Assembly: GCA_043732305.1 (NCBI GenBank)
Contig: JAYTHU010000170.1
Coordinates: 1 to 64,000, forward strand
Length of the DNA: 64,000 bases
Reading direction: 5' to 3'
Source: Oligoflexia bacterium
GTDB lineage: Bacteria; Bdellovibrionota; Bdellovibrionia; JABDDW01
Shown in pieces: positions 9,791 to 19,186 of this stretch. Below the pieces are notes generated by a model that did not search any database, was not told where the DNA came from, and saw only the letters and a program-made list of their open reading frames with translations. The first letter of the stretch is position 1. Each line of letters starts with the position of its first letter. Made by a program: the position numbers and the translations under genes.

Positions 9791-10045
9791 TTAAGCGGGC
9801 AGAACACTCACGGCTTGACGTGTTTTTGTCTTTCTCGTGAATGTCACTTTGCCTTCAATCAAAGCATAGATGGTGAAATCGCGGCCAACGCCAACGTTTG
9901 CACCGGGGTGAAACTGAGTTCCTCGTTGACGAACAATGATGGTTCCTGGCTGAACCGTTTCGCCGCCGAAGCGTTTGACACCTAGTCTTTGACTATTAGA
10001 ATCTCGACCGTTTCTAGTACTACCACCAGCTTTTTTTGTTGCCAT
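9791..10045 (-). CDS. rpmA: 50S ribosomal protein L27
   Basis: [24 protein letters not shown]. Confidence 0.98.
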   Translation of the reverse strand: MATKKAGGSTRNGRDSNSQRLGVKRFGGETVQPGTIIVRQRGTQFHPGANVGVGRDFTIYALIEGKVTFTRKTKTRQAVSVLPA

Positions 10046-10084
10046 TTCTATCCTCTAAATTTCTATTCGCAAATGCTTTGCGTT

Positions 10085-10660
10085 TTATTTTTTAGCTTTT
10101 TTAGTTGCTGCTTTTTTTGGCGCAGCTTTCTTTTTACCGACGCTCTTTTTCTTAGCGGCTCCGCCTTTTTTTGCAGAAGCAGCTTTTTTAGCTGGTTTCT
10201 CGACTGCGGGCTCTTCGCCGTTGGCGACAGCTAAACGAGCAAGTCTTGTTCTTTCTCTTTGCGCTTCGCTAGCTGCTACTTTTCTAGCTTCAATGCGAGC
10301 TGCGTCCCAAACGTTGGGTTCGCCTTCGGCTTTGAAACTTGCACCAGCAGATGCGATTTCAGTGACAAAGAGTCTGGTCAACTCTGAACGGTGACCTCTC
10401 ATTTTGCGATATTTGTGACGTCTTTTCTTCTTATAGACTAAGACTTTTTCTCCACGAAACTGACGTTCAATCACAACAGTGACTGTAGCTCCGGAAACAT
10501 GAGGTGCGCCTACGAGCAATTTTTCTCCACCGATCATCAAAACTTCGGTGATAGTGATTTTGTCTCCGGGGTTACCATCTAATTTTTCAACACTCAGTGA
10601 GTCGCCAGCGGAAACTCTATACTGTCTGCCACTTGTTTTAATAACGGCGTATGGGATCAT
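10085..10660 (-). CDS. rplU: 50S ribosomal protein L21 with long Lys/Ala-rich C-terminal extension
   Basis: YAVIKTSGRQYRV...KKKRRHKYRKMRGHR. Start moved to 10660 (AAGGAG RBS). Confidence 0.95.
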   Translation of the reverse strand: MIPYAVIKTSGRQYRVSAGDSLSVEKLDGNPGDKITITEVLMIGGEKLLVGAPHVSGATVTVVIERQFRGEKVLVYKKKRRHKYRKMRGHRSELTRLFVTEIASAGASFKAEGEPNVWDAARIEARKVAASEAQRERTRLARLAVANGEEPAVEKPAKKAASAKKGGAAKKKSVGKKKAAPKKAATKKAKK

Positions 10661-10749
10661 CGTTCTACTCCTTAAAATGCAATCTGAACTCAACGTTTTG
10701 CCACGGAAAGACTTGGGTTGTCAATGTATTAGACCGTTTCGCAAAAGAC

Positions 10750-12282
10750 TTAGCCATCTTGTGCCTTGGAAATCACTTCAAACTGCTCCAAATGGAAGGT
10801 GGATTCAGTCTTTATGACAACGGGGCGGCCAAGATTTTTCTCGGTTTGTTCAAGCATTTCGCGCTCTTCGTCATAAAGCCAATCGGCCACTTCGGGATGA
10901 ACATGGATTTGGGTAGAGGCGGCGCTCTTGATACGAAGTTCTCTTTGAAGTTCTCGGAAAATTTCATAGCAGATTGTTGTTTTGCTTTTAATGTAGCCTT
11001 TGCCATCGCAATAATTGCAAGGCTCGCACAATGTTCGAGTGAGACTTTCGCGCGTCCGCTTTCGAGTCATTTCAACCAATCCGAGAGAAGACATATTCAG
11101 CACATTGGTTTTTGCGCGATCTTTCAAGAGCTCTTCTTTGATAGCCGACAGAACTTTTTCTCGATTGGTTTCTTTTTCCATATCGATAAAATCCAAAATA
11201 ATAATGCCGCCGCAATTGCGAAGCCTCAATTGATAAGCGATTTCTTTAACAGCTTCTAAATTTGTTTTGATGATTGTGTCTTCTAGATTATGTCGACCAA
11301 CATAGCGACCAGTGTTTACATCGATCGCGACTAAAGCTTCAGCTTCGTCGACTATGATGTAGCCACCACTCTTGAGCCAAACTTTTCGGCCTAGTGCTCG
11401 AGATATTTCCAACTCGATTCCAAAACTATCAAAAATAGGTTCTTCACCTTGATAAAGTTCAATATTATTTTTTAGCCGAGGCATAAATTGATTCACAAAT
11501 TTGAGAACTTTTTTATGCGCTTTAGGATCATCGATGATCAGACGCTTCACATCATCAGTGAACAAATCGCGAACTCCACGAAGCTCTACATCTAATTCTT
11601 CGTGAACTGTTCCTGCACCTTGTTTTTTCTCATAACTTCGCTGCACTTCTTTCCAAAGCCTGGTGAGATATTCCATGTCTGACTTGATTGATTTTTGACT
11701 GATGCCTTCACAAGCGGTTCGAATAATAAATCCGCCCTCAGGTGGCCTGAAAGAACTGACCACGTCTTTGAGACGCTTGCGTTCCGCTTCACTTTCGATG
11801 CGGCGAGAAACGCCGATGTGATTGACGGTAGGCATGTACACTAAGTTTCGACCAGGCAAGCTGATGTGAGTGGTGATGCGCGCACCTTTTGTGCCAATGG
11901 AATCCTTAGCCACTTGAACTAGAATCTCTTGTCCCTCTTTGACTAAATCTTGAATGGGGGGAAGATTCGAACCGGAGGGTTTGTTTTGTTGAAGATTTTG
12001 ATGTTTCTGACCTTCTTCATCGCTAACCAAATCTTCCTCATCCTCGGTAAATTCATGAGCACGAATGTCACCGACGTATAGGAATGCGGCACGATCTAGA
12101 CCAATGTCCACAAAGCAAGCTTGCATGCCAGGGAGAACGCGAATTATTTTTCCTTTGAAAACAGATCCAACTAGACCTTTTTCTCGAGAGCGCTCCACCA
12201 AAAGATCAGTAATGACCCCATTTTCTACAAAGGCCACGCGAGTTTCGACCGGAGTCGAGTTGATGACTAATTCTGACGGCAT
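10750..12282 (-). CDS. rng: Ribonuclease G (Rne/Rng family)
   Basis: VLPGMQACFVDIG, KGARITTHISLPGR, AIDVNTG, GIIILDFIDM; 510 aa with no long scaffold. Confidence 0.9.
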   Translation of the reverse strand: MPSELVINSTPVETRVAFVENGVITDLLVERSREKGLVGSVFKGKIIRVLPGMQACFVDIGLDRAAFLYVGDIRAHEFTEDEEDLVSDEEGQKHQNLQQNKPSGSNLPPIQDLVKEGQEILVQVAKDSIGTKGARITTHISLPGRNLVYMPTVNHIGVSRRIESEAERKRLKDVVSSFRPPEGGFIIRTACEGISQKSIKSDMEYLTRLWKEVQRSYEKKQGAGTVHEELDVELRGVRDLFTDDVKRLIIDDPKAHKKVLKFVNQFMPRLKNNIELYQGEEPIFDSFGIELEISRALGRKVWLKSGGYIIVDEAEALVAIDVNTGRYVGRHNLEDTIIKTNLEAVKEIAYQLRLRNCGGIIILDFIDMEKETNREKVLSAIKEELLKDRAKTNVLNMSSLGLVEMTRKRTRESLTRTLCEPCNYCDGKGYIKSKTTICYEIFRELQRELRIKSAASTQIHVHPEVADWLYDEEREMLEQTEKNLGRPVVIKTESTFHLEQFEVISKAQDG

Positions 12283-12298
12283 TTTTTAAAAACCTCTA

Positions 12299-12326
12299 TA
12301 AACTTTATTGCGATTCGATCCGATCA
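12299..12326 (+). promoter_or_regulatory. Possible sigma28 (FliA)-type promoter for pilT
   Basis: TAAACTTT-N12-TCCGATCA versus consensus TAAAGTTT-N11-GCCGATAA. Confidence 0.4.
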
Positions 12327-12346
12327 AGTTAGCACAAAGGGTGGGT

Positions 12347-13504
12347 ATGGCAAAGCTCGATCAACTATTCGCAGTGATGAAACAACAGAACGCGTCGGAT
12401 TTACATCTGTCTACGGGGGCACCTCCGTTTCTGCGCCATATGGGGCAAATGGTAAAATTAAATTACCACGATCTTTCCGCAGAAGAATGCCAAGCACTTA
12501 TCTTTGAACTACTCACAGAAAAACAAAAACGTCTATTCATGGAAAACTGGGAGCTGGATTGCAGTTACCAAGCTGAAGGTATCGGCCGATTTCGAGTGAA
12601 CGTTTTTATGCAAAGAAAAGGAATCAGCGCAGTTTTCCGAATTATTCCAACAGAAATCAAATCAGCCACTGAACTTGGATTGCCCGATTCTATTTTGCAA
12701 ATGTGTGCGGCCCCTAAAGGTTTGATCTTAGTGGTCGGCCCCACCGGTTCGGGGAAATCCACTACACTAGCCTCGCTCATTCATCATATTAATTTGAATG
12801 AAAACCTGCACATTCTCACAGTCGAAGATCCAATTGAGTTTGTGCACAACAATATTAAATCTCTAGTTTCTCAGCGGGAAGTTTCCGGTCACACAAAATC
12901 TTTTGCGAATGCACTGAAAGCGGCACTTCGTGAAGATCCTGACATTATTTTGGTTGGTGAAATGCGTGACCTTGAAACAATCAGCTTAGCTCTTACCGCA
13001 GCTGAAACGGGTCACTTGGTTTTTGGTACTCTTCATACTTCGGGCGCTCACAAAACTGTGGACCGAATCATTGACGTTTTCCCGCAAGAACAGCAATCAC
13101 AGATTCGCGTGATGCTTGCTGAAAGTTTGCGCGGGGTAGTGGCGCAAACGCTATTGCCAAAAGCCGACGGTACAGGACGGGTCGCAGCTCTTGAAATCAT
13201 GCATAACAATAATGCGATTGCGAATTTGATTCGTGAAGGAAAGACTTTCCAAATTCCCAACACCATGCAAACTAGCAAGGGCGAAGGAATGGTTACGCTT
13301 GAGCAATACATGCAAGAACTGATGAAAAAAGGATTAATTTCCGCAGCAACTTACGGAGATGCCCTGGGGAAAAAAGCTCCAGTAGTTCATTCAACATCGG
13401 GTAGCGAGGCTACATCAACGGGACTAACAAGTTCTACGGTAGCTCAAAATACAAGCATAAGCAAAGTTTTGCCCGGGATGCCTCCCCTTAAAAAATCATC
13501 TTAA
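12347..13504 (+). CDS. pilT: Type IV pilus retraction ATPase
   Basis: ASDLHL, GPTGSGKST, EDPIE, LREDPD, AAETGHLV, AIANLIRE (AIRNLIRE motif). Start set to the ATG at 12347. Confidence 0.95.
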   Translation: MAKLDQLFAVMKQQNASDLHLSTGAPPFLRHMGQMVKLNYHDLSAEECQALIFELLTEKQKRLFMENWELDCSYQAEGIGRFRVNVFMQRKGISAVFRIIPTEIKSATELGLPDSILQMCAAPKGLILVVGPTGSGKSTTLASLIHHINLNENLHILTVEDPIEFVHNNIKSLVSQREVSGHTKSFANALKAALREDPDIILVGEMRDLETISLALTAAETGHLVFGTLHTSGAHKTVDRIIDVFPQEQQSQIRVMLAESLRGVVAQTLLPKADGTGRVAALEIMHNNNAIANLIREGKTFQIPNTMQTSKGEGMVTLEQYMQELMKKGLISAATYGDALGKKAPVVHSTSGSEATSTGLTSSTVAQNTSISKVLPGMPPLKKSS

Positions 13505-13509
13505 TATAT

Positions 13510-13950
13510 TTAGAAGATAAGACTGAAGTTAGCCCCGCCACCATCAGGCTTTTGCGTTTCTGCGGATTGTGTGATGAATGGATCGACTGAAAATTTCGCG
13601 CCTTTTTTGCTTTTTTCATCTGGCTCAGTGTAATAGTCTCTTGTCGAAACAGATTTCACCGTCACATACGCAGTTCCAGCAATAACTCCGACGGCAAATC
13701 CAATTGCAATGTTCACTAATTGATCTTGCGGTCTTCCATAAAAACTTAAAGTCGAGAGGCCAAGAATTGCGCCACCGAGCCCCGCAAAAACAATTGTCGC
13801 CAACTGTCTACGAGGTCCAGAGCTATGTTTAAGATCACCATCGGCTTGATTGTTTTGCTGAGCCTGCGCCTGCGCCTGATTTTCTAGTGCAACACTGCAA
13901 AAAATGAAACTTAGAGCCAAGACTGCCGCTAATATTTTATTCAATTTCAT
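13510..13950 (-). CDS. Hypothetical exported/membrane protein (signal peptide, two Gly-rich hydrophobic helices)
   Basis: MKLNKILAAVLALSF signal after AGGAG RBS; AGLGGAILG and GFAVGVIAG helices. Confidence 0.7.
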   Translation of the reverse strand: MKLNKILAAVLALSFIFCSVALENQAQAQAQQNNQADGDLKHSSGPRRQLATIVFAGLGGAILGLSTLSFYGRPQDQLVNIAIGFAVGVIAGTAYVTVKSVSTRDYYTEPDEKSKKGAKFSVDPFITQSAETQKPDGGGANFSLIF

Positions 13951-14242
13951 CTCTCCTGATTTCAAATTTCTCTGACATCTGCTTTTCCAACGGCTCACTC
14001 GCAGCAATCGAAAAATCAATGACACTCACGTCTTTGACTTTAGCAAACATTGGGCCTTGCTTAGCCCACGCCACTAATGATCCCACATCCGAATCGGGAC
14101 CGGATACAAGTATTTCCACTCTTCCATCCGGCAGATTTCTTACCCACCCCCTCAGTTTCAACCGAATTGCGGCATGAAAGCAAGACTTGCGGTAACCTAC
14201 TCCCTGAACTTTTCCGCTGACGAAGATCTTTTTGACAGTCAT
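13937..14242 (-). CDS. acyP: Acylphosphatase
   Basis: VSGKVQGVGYR, GWVRNLPDGRVE. Confidence 0.93.
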   Translation of the reverse strand: MTVKKIFVSGKVQGVGYRKSCFHAAIRLKLRGWVRNLPDGRVEILVSGPDSDVGSLVAWAKQGPMFAKVKDVSVIDFSIAASEPLEKQMSEKFEIRRDEIE

Positions 14243-14249
14243 AACAGTT

Positions 14250-14302
14250 AACCTAATCGAAAACGCAGCACTTTGACAAGACCCTGCATGTGTTGTTATG
14301 GT
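14250..14302. promoter_or_regulatory. Divergent sigma70-type promoters (acyP and deoC) sharing one TTGACAA -35 element
   Basis: Plus: TTGACA(14273-78)-18-TATGGT preceded by TG. Minus: TTGTCA(14279-74)-18-TAGGTT-7nt-ATG. Confidence 0.55.
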
Positions 14303-14325
14303 GCTCATGGAGCGGAAAAAACAAT

Positions 14326-15132
14326 ATGACTGATAAAAATAAAAGAGATTTAGAACACCTTGTTGAGGCGGTAACCGCTGCTGTTATGAATAAAATCTCG
14401 CCAAAAGCTTTGTCCGCCAAAGCGCACGAAAGCATTCCGATGGCTCGGCCGGAGGAGTCCATAGACATGAATATCGCGGCGATGATCGATCACACACTTC
14501 TGAAACCGGATGTCTCCCAAGATCAAATAAAAAAACTGTGTGAAGAGGCAAGGCAATATGGTTTTGCTACGGTATGCGTGAACTCGAGCAATGTGGGTTT
14601 GGCAGCACAACTTTTGCGAGGTTCATCAGTCAAAGCCATTGCTGTGGTGGGGTTCCCCTTAGGAGCAGCCACAAGTTCGGCCAAAGCTTTTGAAACTTTG
14701 GAAGCTATTCGAAATGGTTCACTCGAGATTGACACCGTTATTAATATTGGAGCCCTTAAAAGCAAAGATTACCGTGAAGTTTATCTCGATATTCGGGCTG
14801 TGGTTGAAGCCGCGGGATCTATCCCAGTAAAAGTAATTTTAGAAATATCGCAATTGAATCTTGAAGAGAAAATAATCGCCTGTGGATTATCAAAAGCAGC
14901 GGGCGCGGCATTTGTAAAAACCAGCACCGGATTCACAGGTGGCGGAGCTACTATTGAAGACGTGAAGCTGATGAGGAAAATCGTTGGCCCCAAAATGGGA
15001 GTCAAAGCTAGCGGCGGAGTGAGAACTAGAGAAGATGCTCTTGCGATGATTGCTGCAGGTGCTAATCGGTTAGGCACATCTTCAAGTATTGCCATAGTTA
15101 CAGGTCAAATTGCAGGCGGTCAGGGCTATTGA
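14326..15132 (+). CDS. deoC: Deoxyribose-phosphate aldolase
   Basis: IDHTLLKP, VVGFPLG, FVKTSTGF, VKASGGVR, RLGTSS. Confidence 0.96.
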   Translation: MTDKNKRDLEHLVEAVTAAVMNKISPKALSAKAHESIPMARPEESIDMNIAAMIDHTLLKPDVSQDQIKKLCEEARQYGFATVCVNSSNVGLAAQLLRGSSVKAIAVVGFPLGAATSSAKAFETLEAIRNGSLEIDTVINIGALKSKDYREVYLDIRAVVEAAGSIPVKVILEISQLNLEEKIIACGLSKAAGAAFVKTSTGFTGGGATIEDVKLMRKIVGPKMGVKASGGVRTREDALAMIAAGANRLGTSSSIAIVTGQIAGGQGY

Positions 15133-16433
15133 TGCTTCCAGCAGAAATCATTAAGAAAAAGCGATCAGGTCTTCCCCTCACTGAAAATGAAATCAAATCT
15201 TTTGTCGACGGTTACGTGCATGGCACTGTTGCCGATTATCAGATGTCGGCATTTTTGATGGCCGTGTTTTTTAAAGGCATGAACCAAAATGAAACCTGGA
15301 ATTTAACAAACGTCATGCTTCACTCAGGAGACATCGTTGATTTTGGCGATAGCGGCAATTCGAAGACGCCAAAAATTTCGCGGATTGACAAACATTCCAC
15401 GGGTGGCGTGGGTGACAAAACCAGTTTAATCATTGCTCCAATCGTCGCTTGCGCAGGGGTGCAAGTTCCCATGATTTCTGGTCGTGGCCTGGGACATACG
15501 GGTGGGACACTTGATAAATTGGAAAGCATTCCCGGATTTGACGTGAACCTTTCGATAGCTGAATTTAAAAAACAAGTGCAAGAAGTTGGCGCCTGTTTCA
15601 TTGGTCAAACCAAAGATATTTGTCCCGCTGACAAGAAGATGTATGCACTTCGAGATGTCACGGGCACCGTCGAATGCGTGCCCCTGATTTGCTCAAGTAT
15701 TATGTCGAAAAAATTAGCCGAAGGAATCGACGGTTTAGTTTTAGATATCAAAACTGGCTCCGGCGCTTTCATGAAAAAAACTAAGGATGCGATCAACCTT
15801 GCTAAGGTTTTAAAACAAGTTGGAACTCAGGGCGGTAAAAAAATATCAGCATTGATCACCGATATGTCACAACCATTAGGATTAGCTGTAGGCAATTCTT
15901 TAGAAGTTCAAGAATGCATAGATATTCTCATGGGTAAAGGCCCTGCGGACTTGCGAGAGCTTTCGTTAGAGCTCGCAGCACAAATGATTTTATTAGGTGG
16001 AAAATGCAAAACTTTCGCGTCTGCTAAAAAACTTTCACAAGAAATTCTTGATTCGGGTTCCGCATTAAAACGTTTTGAAGAAATTGTTTTAGCACAAAAA
16101 GGAAAACTTTCAAATCTTCCGAAGGCCACAAAAACCTATGAAGTTCTTTCGCAGAAAAAGGGGTTTGTGTTTTCCGTGAATGCTGAAAAAATCGGGCTCG
16201 CAAGTCTTTGCCTCGGTGCGGGACGAGCAAAAGCCGATGACAAAATCGATCCCTCGGCTGGGATAATGATTCATAAAAAGATTGGCGATCAAGTTGAAAA
16301 AAGGGATCGTCTCGCCACTCTGTATTTCAATGAAGACAAAAACCTGGAAGAATCCATAGGGTTAGTCAAATCTTCATATTTAATTCGCTTGCATAAAACG
16401 AAGCGACCGCGTTTGATAATAAAGAAACTGTAG
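15129..16433 (+). CDS. pdp: Pyrimidine-nucleoside/thymidine phosphorylase
   Basis: DKHSTGGVGDKTS, SGRGLGHTGGTLDKLESIPG, SIMSKKLAEG. Confidence 0.95.
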   Translation: MMLPAEIIKKKRSGLPLTENEIKSFVDGYVHGTVADYQMSAFLMAVFFKGMNQNETWNLTNVMLHSGDIVDFGDSGNSKTPKISRIDKHSTGGVGDKTSLIIAPIVACAGVQVPMISGRGLGHTGGTLDKLESIPGFDVNLSIAEFKKQVQEVGACFIGQTKDICPADKKMYALRDVTGTVECVPLICSSIMSKKLAEGIDGLVLDIKTGSGAFMKKTKDAINLAKVLKQVGTQGGKKISALITDMSQPLGLAVGNSLEVQECIDILMGKGPADLRELSLELAAQMILLGGKCKTFASAKKLSQEILDSGSALKRFEEIVLAQKGKLSNLPKATKTYEVLSQKKGFVFSVNAEKIGLASLCLGAGRAKADDKIDPSAGIMIHKKIGDQVEKRDRLATLYFNEDKNLEESIGLVKSSYLIRLHKTKRPRLIIKKL

Positions 16434-16483
16434 CGTAATCATCGACAGAATGAATAAAGATAACTTGGGATAAAAAACTTAAA

Positions 16484-17332
16484 GTGACACTCTCAGAACA
16501 GTTGGCCGAAGCCAAAACATTCATTCGATCAAACTCGCAAATAAAACCTGTACTGGGTCTCATTCTGGGGAGCGGTATGGGATCGTTTGCCGACAGTATT
16601 GAAAAAGAAGCTTCGATGGATTACGAACGTATCCCATACTTTGGAAAAACTTCGGTAGCCGGCCATACAGGTCGCCTCATCATGGGACACGTGAAAGGTG
16701 TTCCCGTTGCAGCGTTACAAGGTCGCCTTCATTATTATGAAGGTTACGATATGTCTCAGATAGTTTTCCCCACTCGTACTCTTGCACTATTAGGAATTAA
16801 AGTTTTGCTCGTGACCAATGCTGCAGGCGGATTAAATCGCCGAATGCGTGCGGGTGATTTTATGGTGATCAATGATCACATCAATTTGATGGGGGACAAC
16901 CCTCTCAAAGGTAAAAACATCGACGAACTTGGGCCGCGATTCCCAGATATGACCGAGGCCTATGATTCGGCACTCGCAAAGATCGCGTTGAAATGTGGAA
17001 AAGAAGCCAACCTTCGAGTCACTTCCGGCGTTTACGTCGGAATGCCAGGTCCAACTTATGAAACTCCCTCCGAAGTTCGAATGCTCCAAAAAATTGGTGG
17101 GAATGCTGTAGGCATGAGTACGGTTCCCGAAGTCATTGCTGCCAATCACTTTGGGATCAGAACCGTTGGAATCAGCTGCATCACTAATCAGGCAGCAGGA
17201 CTTTCAAAACAAAAACTAAGTCACGAAGAAGTCACCCTGACCGCCCAAAGAATCGAAAGCCAATTTAAAGATTTCGTAACCTGCCTTGTTTCTGACATTG
17301 GCCAAGTGATCAAGAACAATGGAAACACTTAA
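16484..17332 (+). CDS. punA: Purine-nucleoside phosphorylase (trimeric PNP/XapA type)
   Basis: LILGSG, QGRLHYYEG, TNAAGG, GPTYET, VGMSTVPE. Confidence 0.94.
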   Translation: MTLSEQLAEAKTFIRSNSQIKPVLGLILGSGMGSFADSIEKEASMDYERIPYFGKTSVAGHTGRLIMGHVKGVPVAALQGRLHYYEGYDMSQIVFPTRTLALLGIKVLLVTNAAGGLNRRMRAGDFMVINDHINLMGDNPLKGKNIDELGPRFPDMTEAYDSALAKIALKCGKEANLRVTSGVYVGMPGPTYETPSEVRMLQKIGGNAVGMSTVPEVIAANHFGIRTVGISCITNQAAGLSKQKLSHEEVTLTAQRIESQFKDFVTCLVSDIGQVIKNNGNT

Positions 17333-17711
17333 AAAAGCCGTCGAAGCCATGGGCCATGCTCATGCACCTTACAGTCATTTCAATGTGGGATGTGCCGTTG
17401 AAACGGTAACAGGTGAAATCTTCAGCGGTTGCAACGTGGAGAACGCAAGCTACGGCGCAACCATTTGTGCCGAACGAGTGGCAATCAGCTCTGCCGTGGC
17501 TCAAGGTCATAAGAAATTCAAAAGTGTGGTTCTGATTTCCAAAAATCCAGAGCCCATAACCCCGTGTGGAGTTTGTCGCCAGTTCATGGCGGAGTTTCTT
17601 GATCCTGAATGTGAAATTCATTGCTATGGACTAGATCAAAAGAAGCTCAAAAAAGTAAAAATGAGAGATCTGCTCCCCCTGGCTTTTACATCGAGCGATA
17701 TCACCAAATAA
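17319..17711 (+). CDS. cdd: Cytidine deaminase (homotetrameric type)
   Basis: APYSHFNVG, NVENASYGATICAER, PCGVCRQ. Confidence 0.96.
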   Translation: METLKKAVEAMGHAHAPYSHFNVGCAVETVTGEIFSGCNVENASYGATICAERVAISSAVAQGHKKFKSVVLISKNPEPITPCGVCRQFMAEFLDPECEIHCYGLDQKKLKKVKMRDLLPLAFTSSDITK

Positions 17712-17891
17712 TTTTACACGGCTCCAGGTAAGCAAATAATCTATATTTAAAGACCTAGACCTAAGACCTACAGCCACCGTGTAACTCTGCGATTTCTGGC
17801 TAAGCACCAAGTCCGATCAAATTATTGACGCCATGTTTTAACCCTTAGGTCTCCCGCGAGTGTTATTCTTATCTAAAGGGGGGCCTGTTGC

Positions 17892-19181
17892 ATGGATGCG
17901 ACTCGTCTGGTTGTTGCCGCTTTGATGGTGGCTTTTTCTCTCTCAAATATAAGTTGTGGACCCAAATCTCCGGCGACAGTAAATGCTACCGCGCTCAACG
18001 GACAAAATTGCGTTAATGAAGCGAAGGCAAATACTTTCTTAGTGAAATGGAAAGAAGTTCCCGCTGACTTTTCAGCGCGAGTGATTCATCCGCAATCGCT
18101 CATCACAAAATTCTCCGATATAGAAAAGAGCGATCTCGAAAAAAACATTCTCGCTCCTAATATGGCGAAATTAGATTTTGCTGAATATGAATTCAACGTG
18201 AGAAATGTCATCTCCACCGTTCGAACTGAAGCGGCAACAGCAACTACTAATGCTTGGGGTCCCGCAGACGTACAAGCTCCACAGGCTTGGGCCGCAGCCG
18301 GGGGAAAAGCCGGCGATGGAGTGATTGTTGCGGTTGTTGATTCCGGGGTAGACATCACCCACTCGCTTCTCTCATCCGTGATTTATACAAATGTCGGAGA
18401 AATTCCCAGCAACTCGATCGATGACGATAAGAACGGCTACATTGATGACTATCAAGGTTTTGATTTGGGGGGCAATAGTCCCGATGTCACAGACGGGGCA
18501 GGTCATGGAACGCACGTTTCCGGAATCATTGCAGGGCAGTCTGGACCAAATGGATTTACTGGAATGGCACCCAAAGCAAAAATTTTGCCGCTGAAGTTTT
18601 TGGACAGCACTGGTGCCGGTGGAGTTGGCGCGGCGATCGCAGCCATTGATTACGCTGTTAAAAAAGGCGCCAAGGTTATCAATGCCAGCTGGGGCGGAAC
18701 CGAATGCAGCACAAGTTTGAAACAAGAAATCACTGCTGCCACTAGCGCCGGGGTCGTGTTTGTAAATGCATCTGGCAATAGTGGAAAAGATATCAACAAT
18801 CCTAATTACACCGAGTGGCCCGCAGCTTTTCAAATGCCGGGAAAAATTACGGTCGGTTCAATGAATCTTTCTCAAGCTCTCTCTGCATTTTCAAATTACG
18901 GAATGCTCGTTGATCTAGCAGCGCCTGGAGAAAATATTTTAAGTACCTATCCGCCTACGATTGTTCAATCTGACACCCAAATGATGGTGATGAGTGGAAC
19001 GAGCATGGCGACTCCCTTTGTTGCAGGAATGGCAGCACTTTTGTTTGGAATTAACCCAAAGGCGACAGCTCAGCAAGTCACCGATGCTATCAATAACTCG
19101 GTTACTGTTGGCCACTACGGCGTGAGAACTCAAGGCAAATTAAATGCCCTGGCCGCCGTCAATTATCTCATGAGTCACTGA
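17892..19181 (+). CDS. S8 subtilisin-like serine peptidase, probable lipoprotein
   Basis: Catalytic triad motifs VAVVDSG, HGTHVSG, SGTSMATP; lipobox-like ISC. Confidence 0.93.
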   Translation: MDATRLVVAALMVAFSLSNISCGPKSPATVNATALNGQNCVNEAKANTFLVKWKEVPADFSARVIHPQSLITKFSDIEKSDLEKNILAPNMAKLDFAEYEFNVRNVISTVRTEAATATTNAWGPADVQAPQAWAAAGGKAGDGVIVAVVDSGVDITHSLLSSVIYTNVGEIPSNSIDDDKNGYIDDYQGFDLGGNSPDVTDGAGHGTHVSGIIAGQSGPNGFTGMAPKAKILPLKFLDSTGAGGVGAAIAAIDYAVKKGAKVINASWGGTECSTSLKQEITAATSAGVVFVNASGNSGKDINNPNYTEWPAAFQMPGKITVGSMNLSQALSAFSNYGMLVDLAAPGENILSTYPPTIVQSDTQMMVMSGTSMATPFVAGMAALLFGINPKATAQQVTDAINNSVTVGHYGVRTQGKLNALAAVNYLMSH

Positions 19182-19186
19182 CAGTT

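Noticed and set aside
8354..11259. Long plus-strand ORFs such as 8354-8902, 9287-9751 and 10651-11259
   Set aside because: Antisense to nadD, obgE and rng; the Phe/Leu-rich text mirrors Lys-rich codons.
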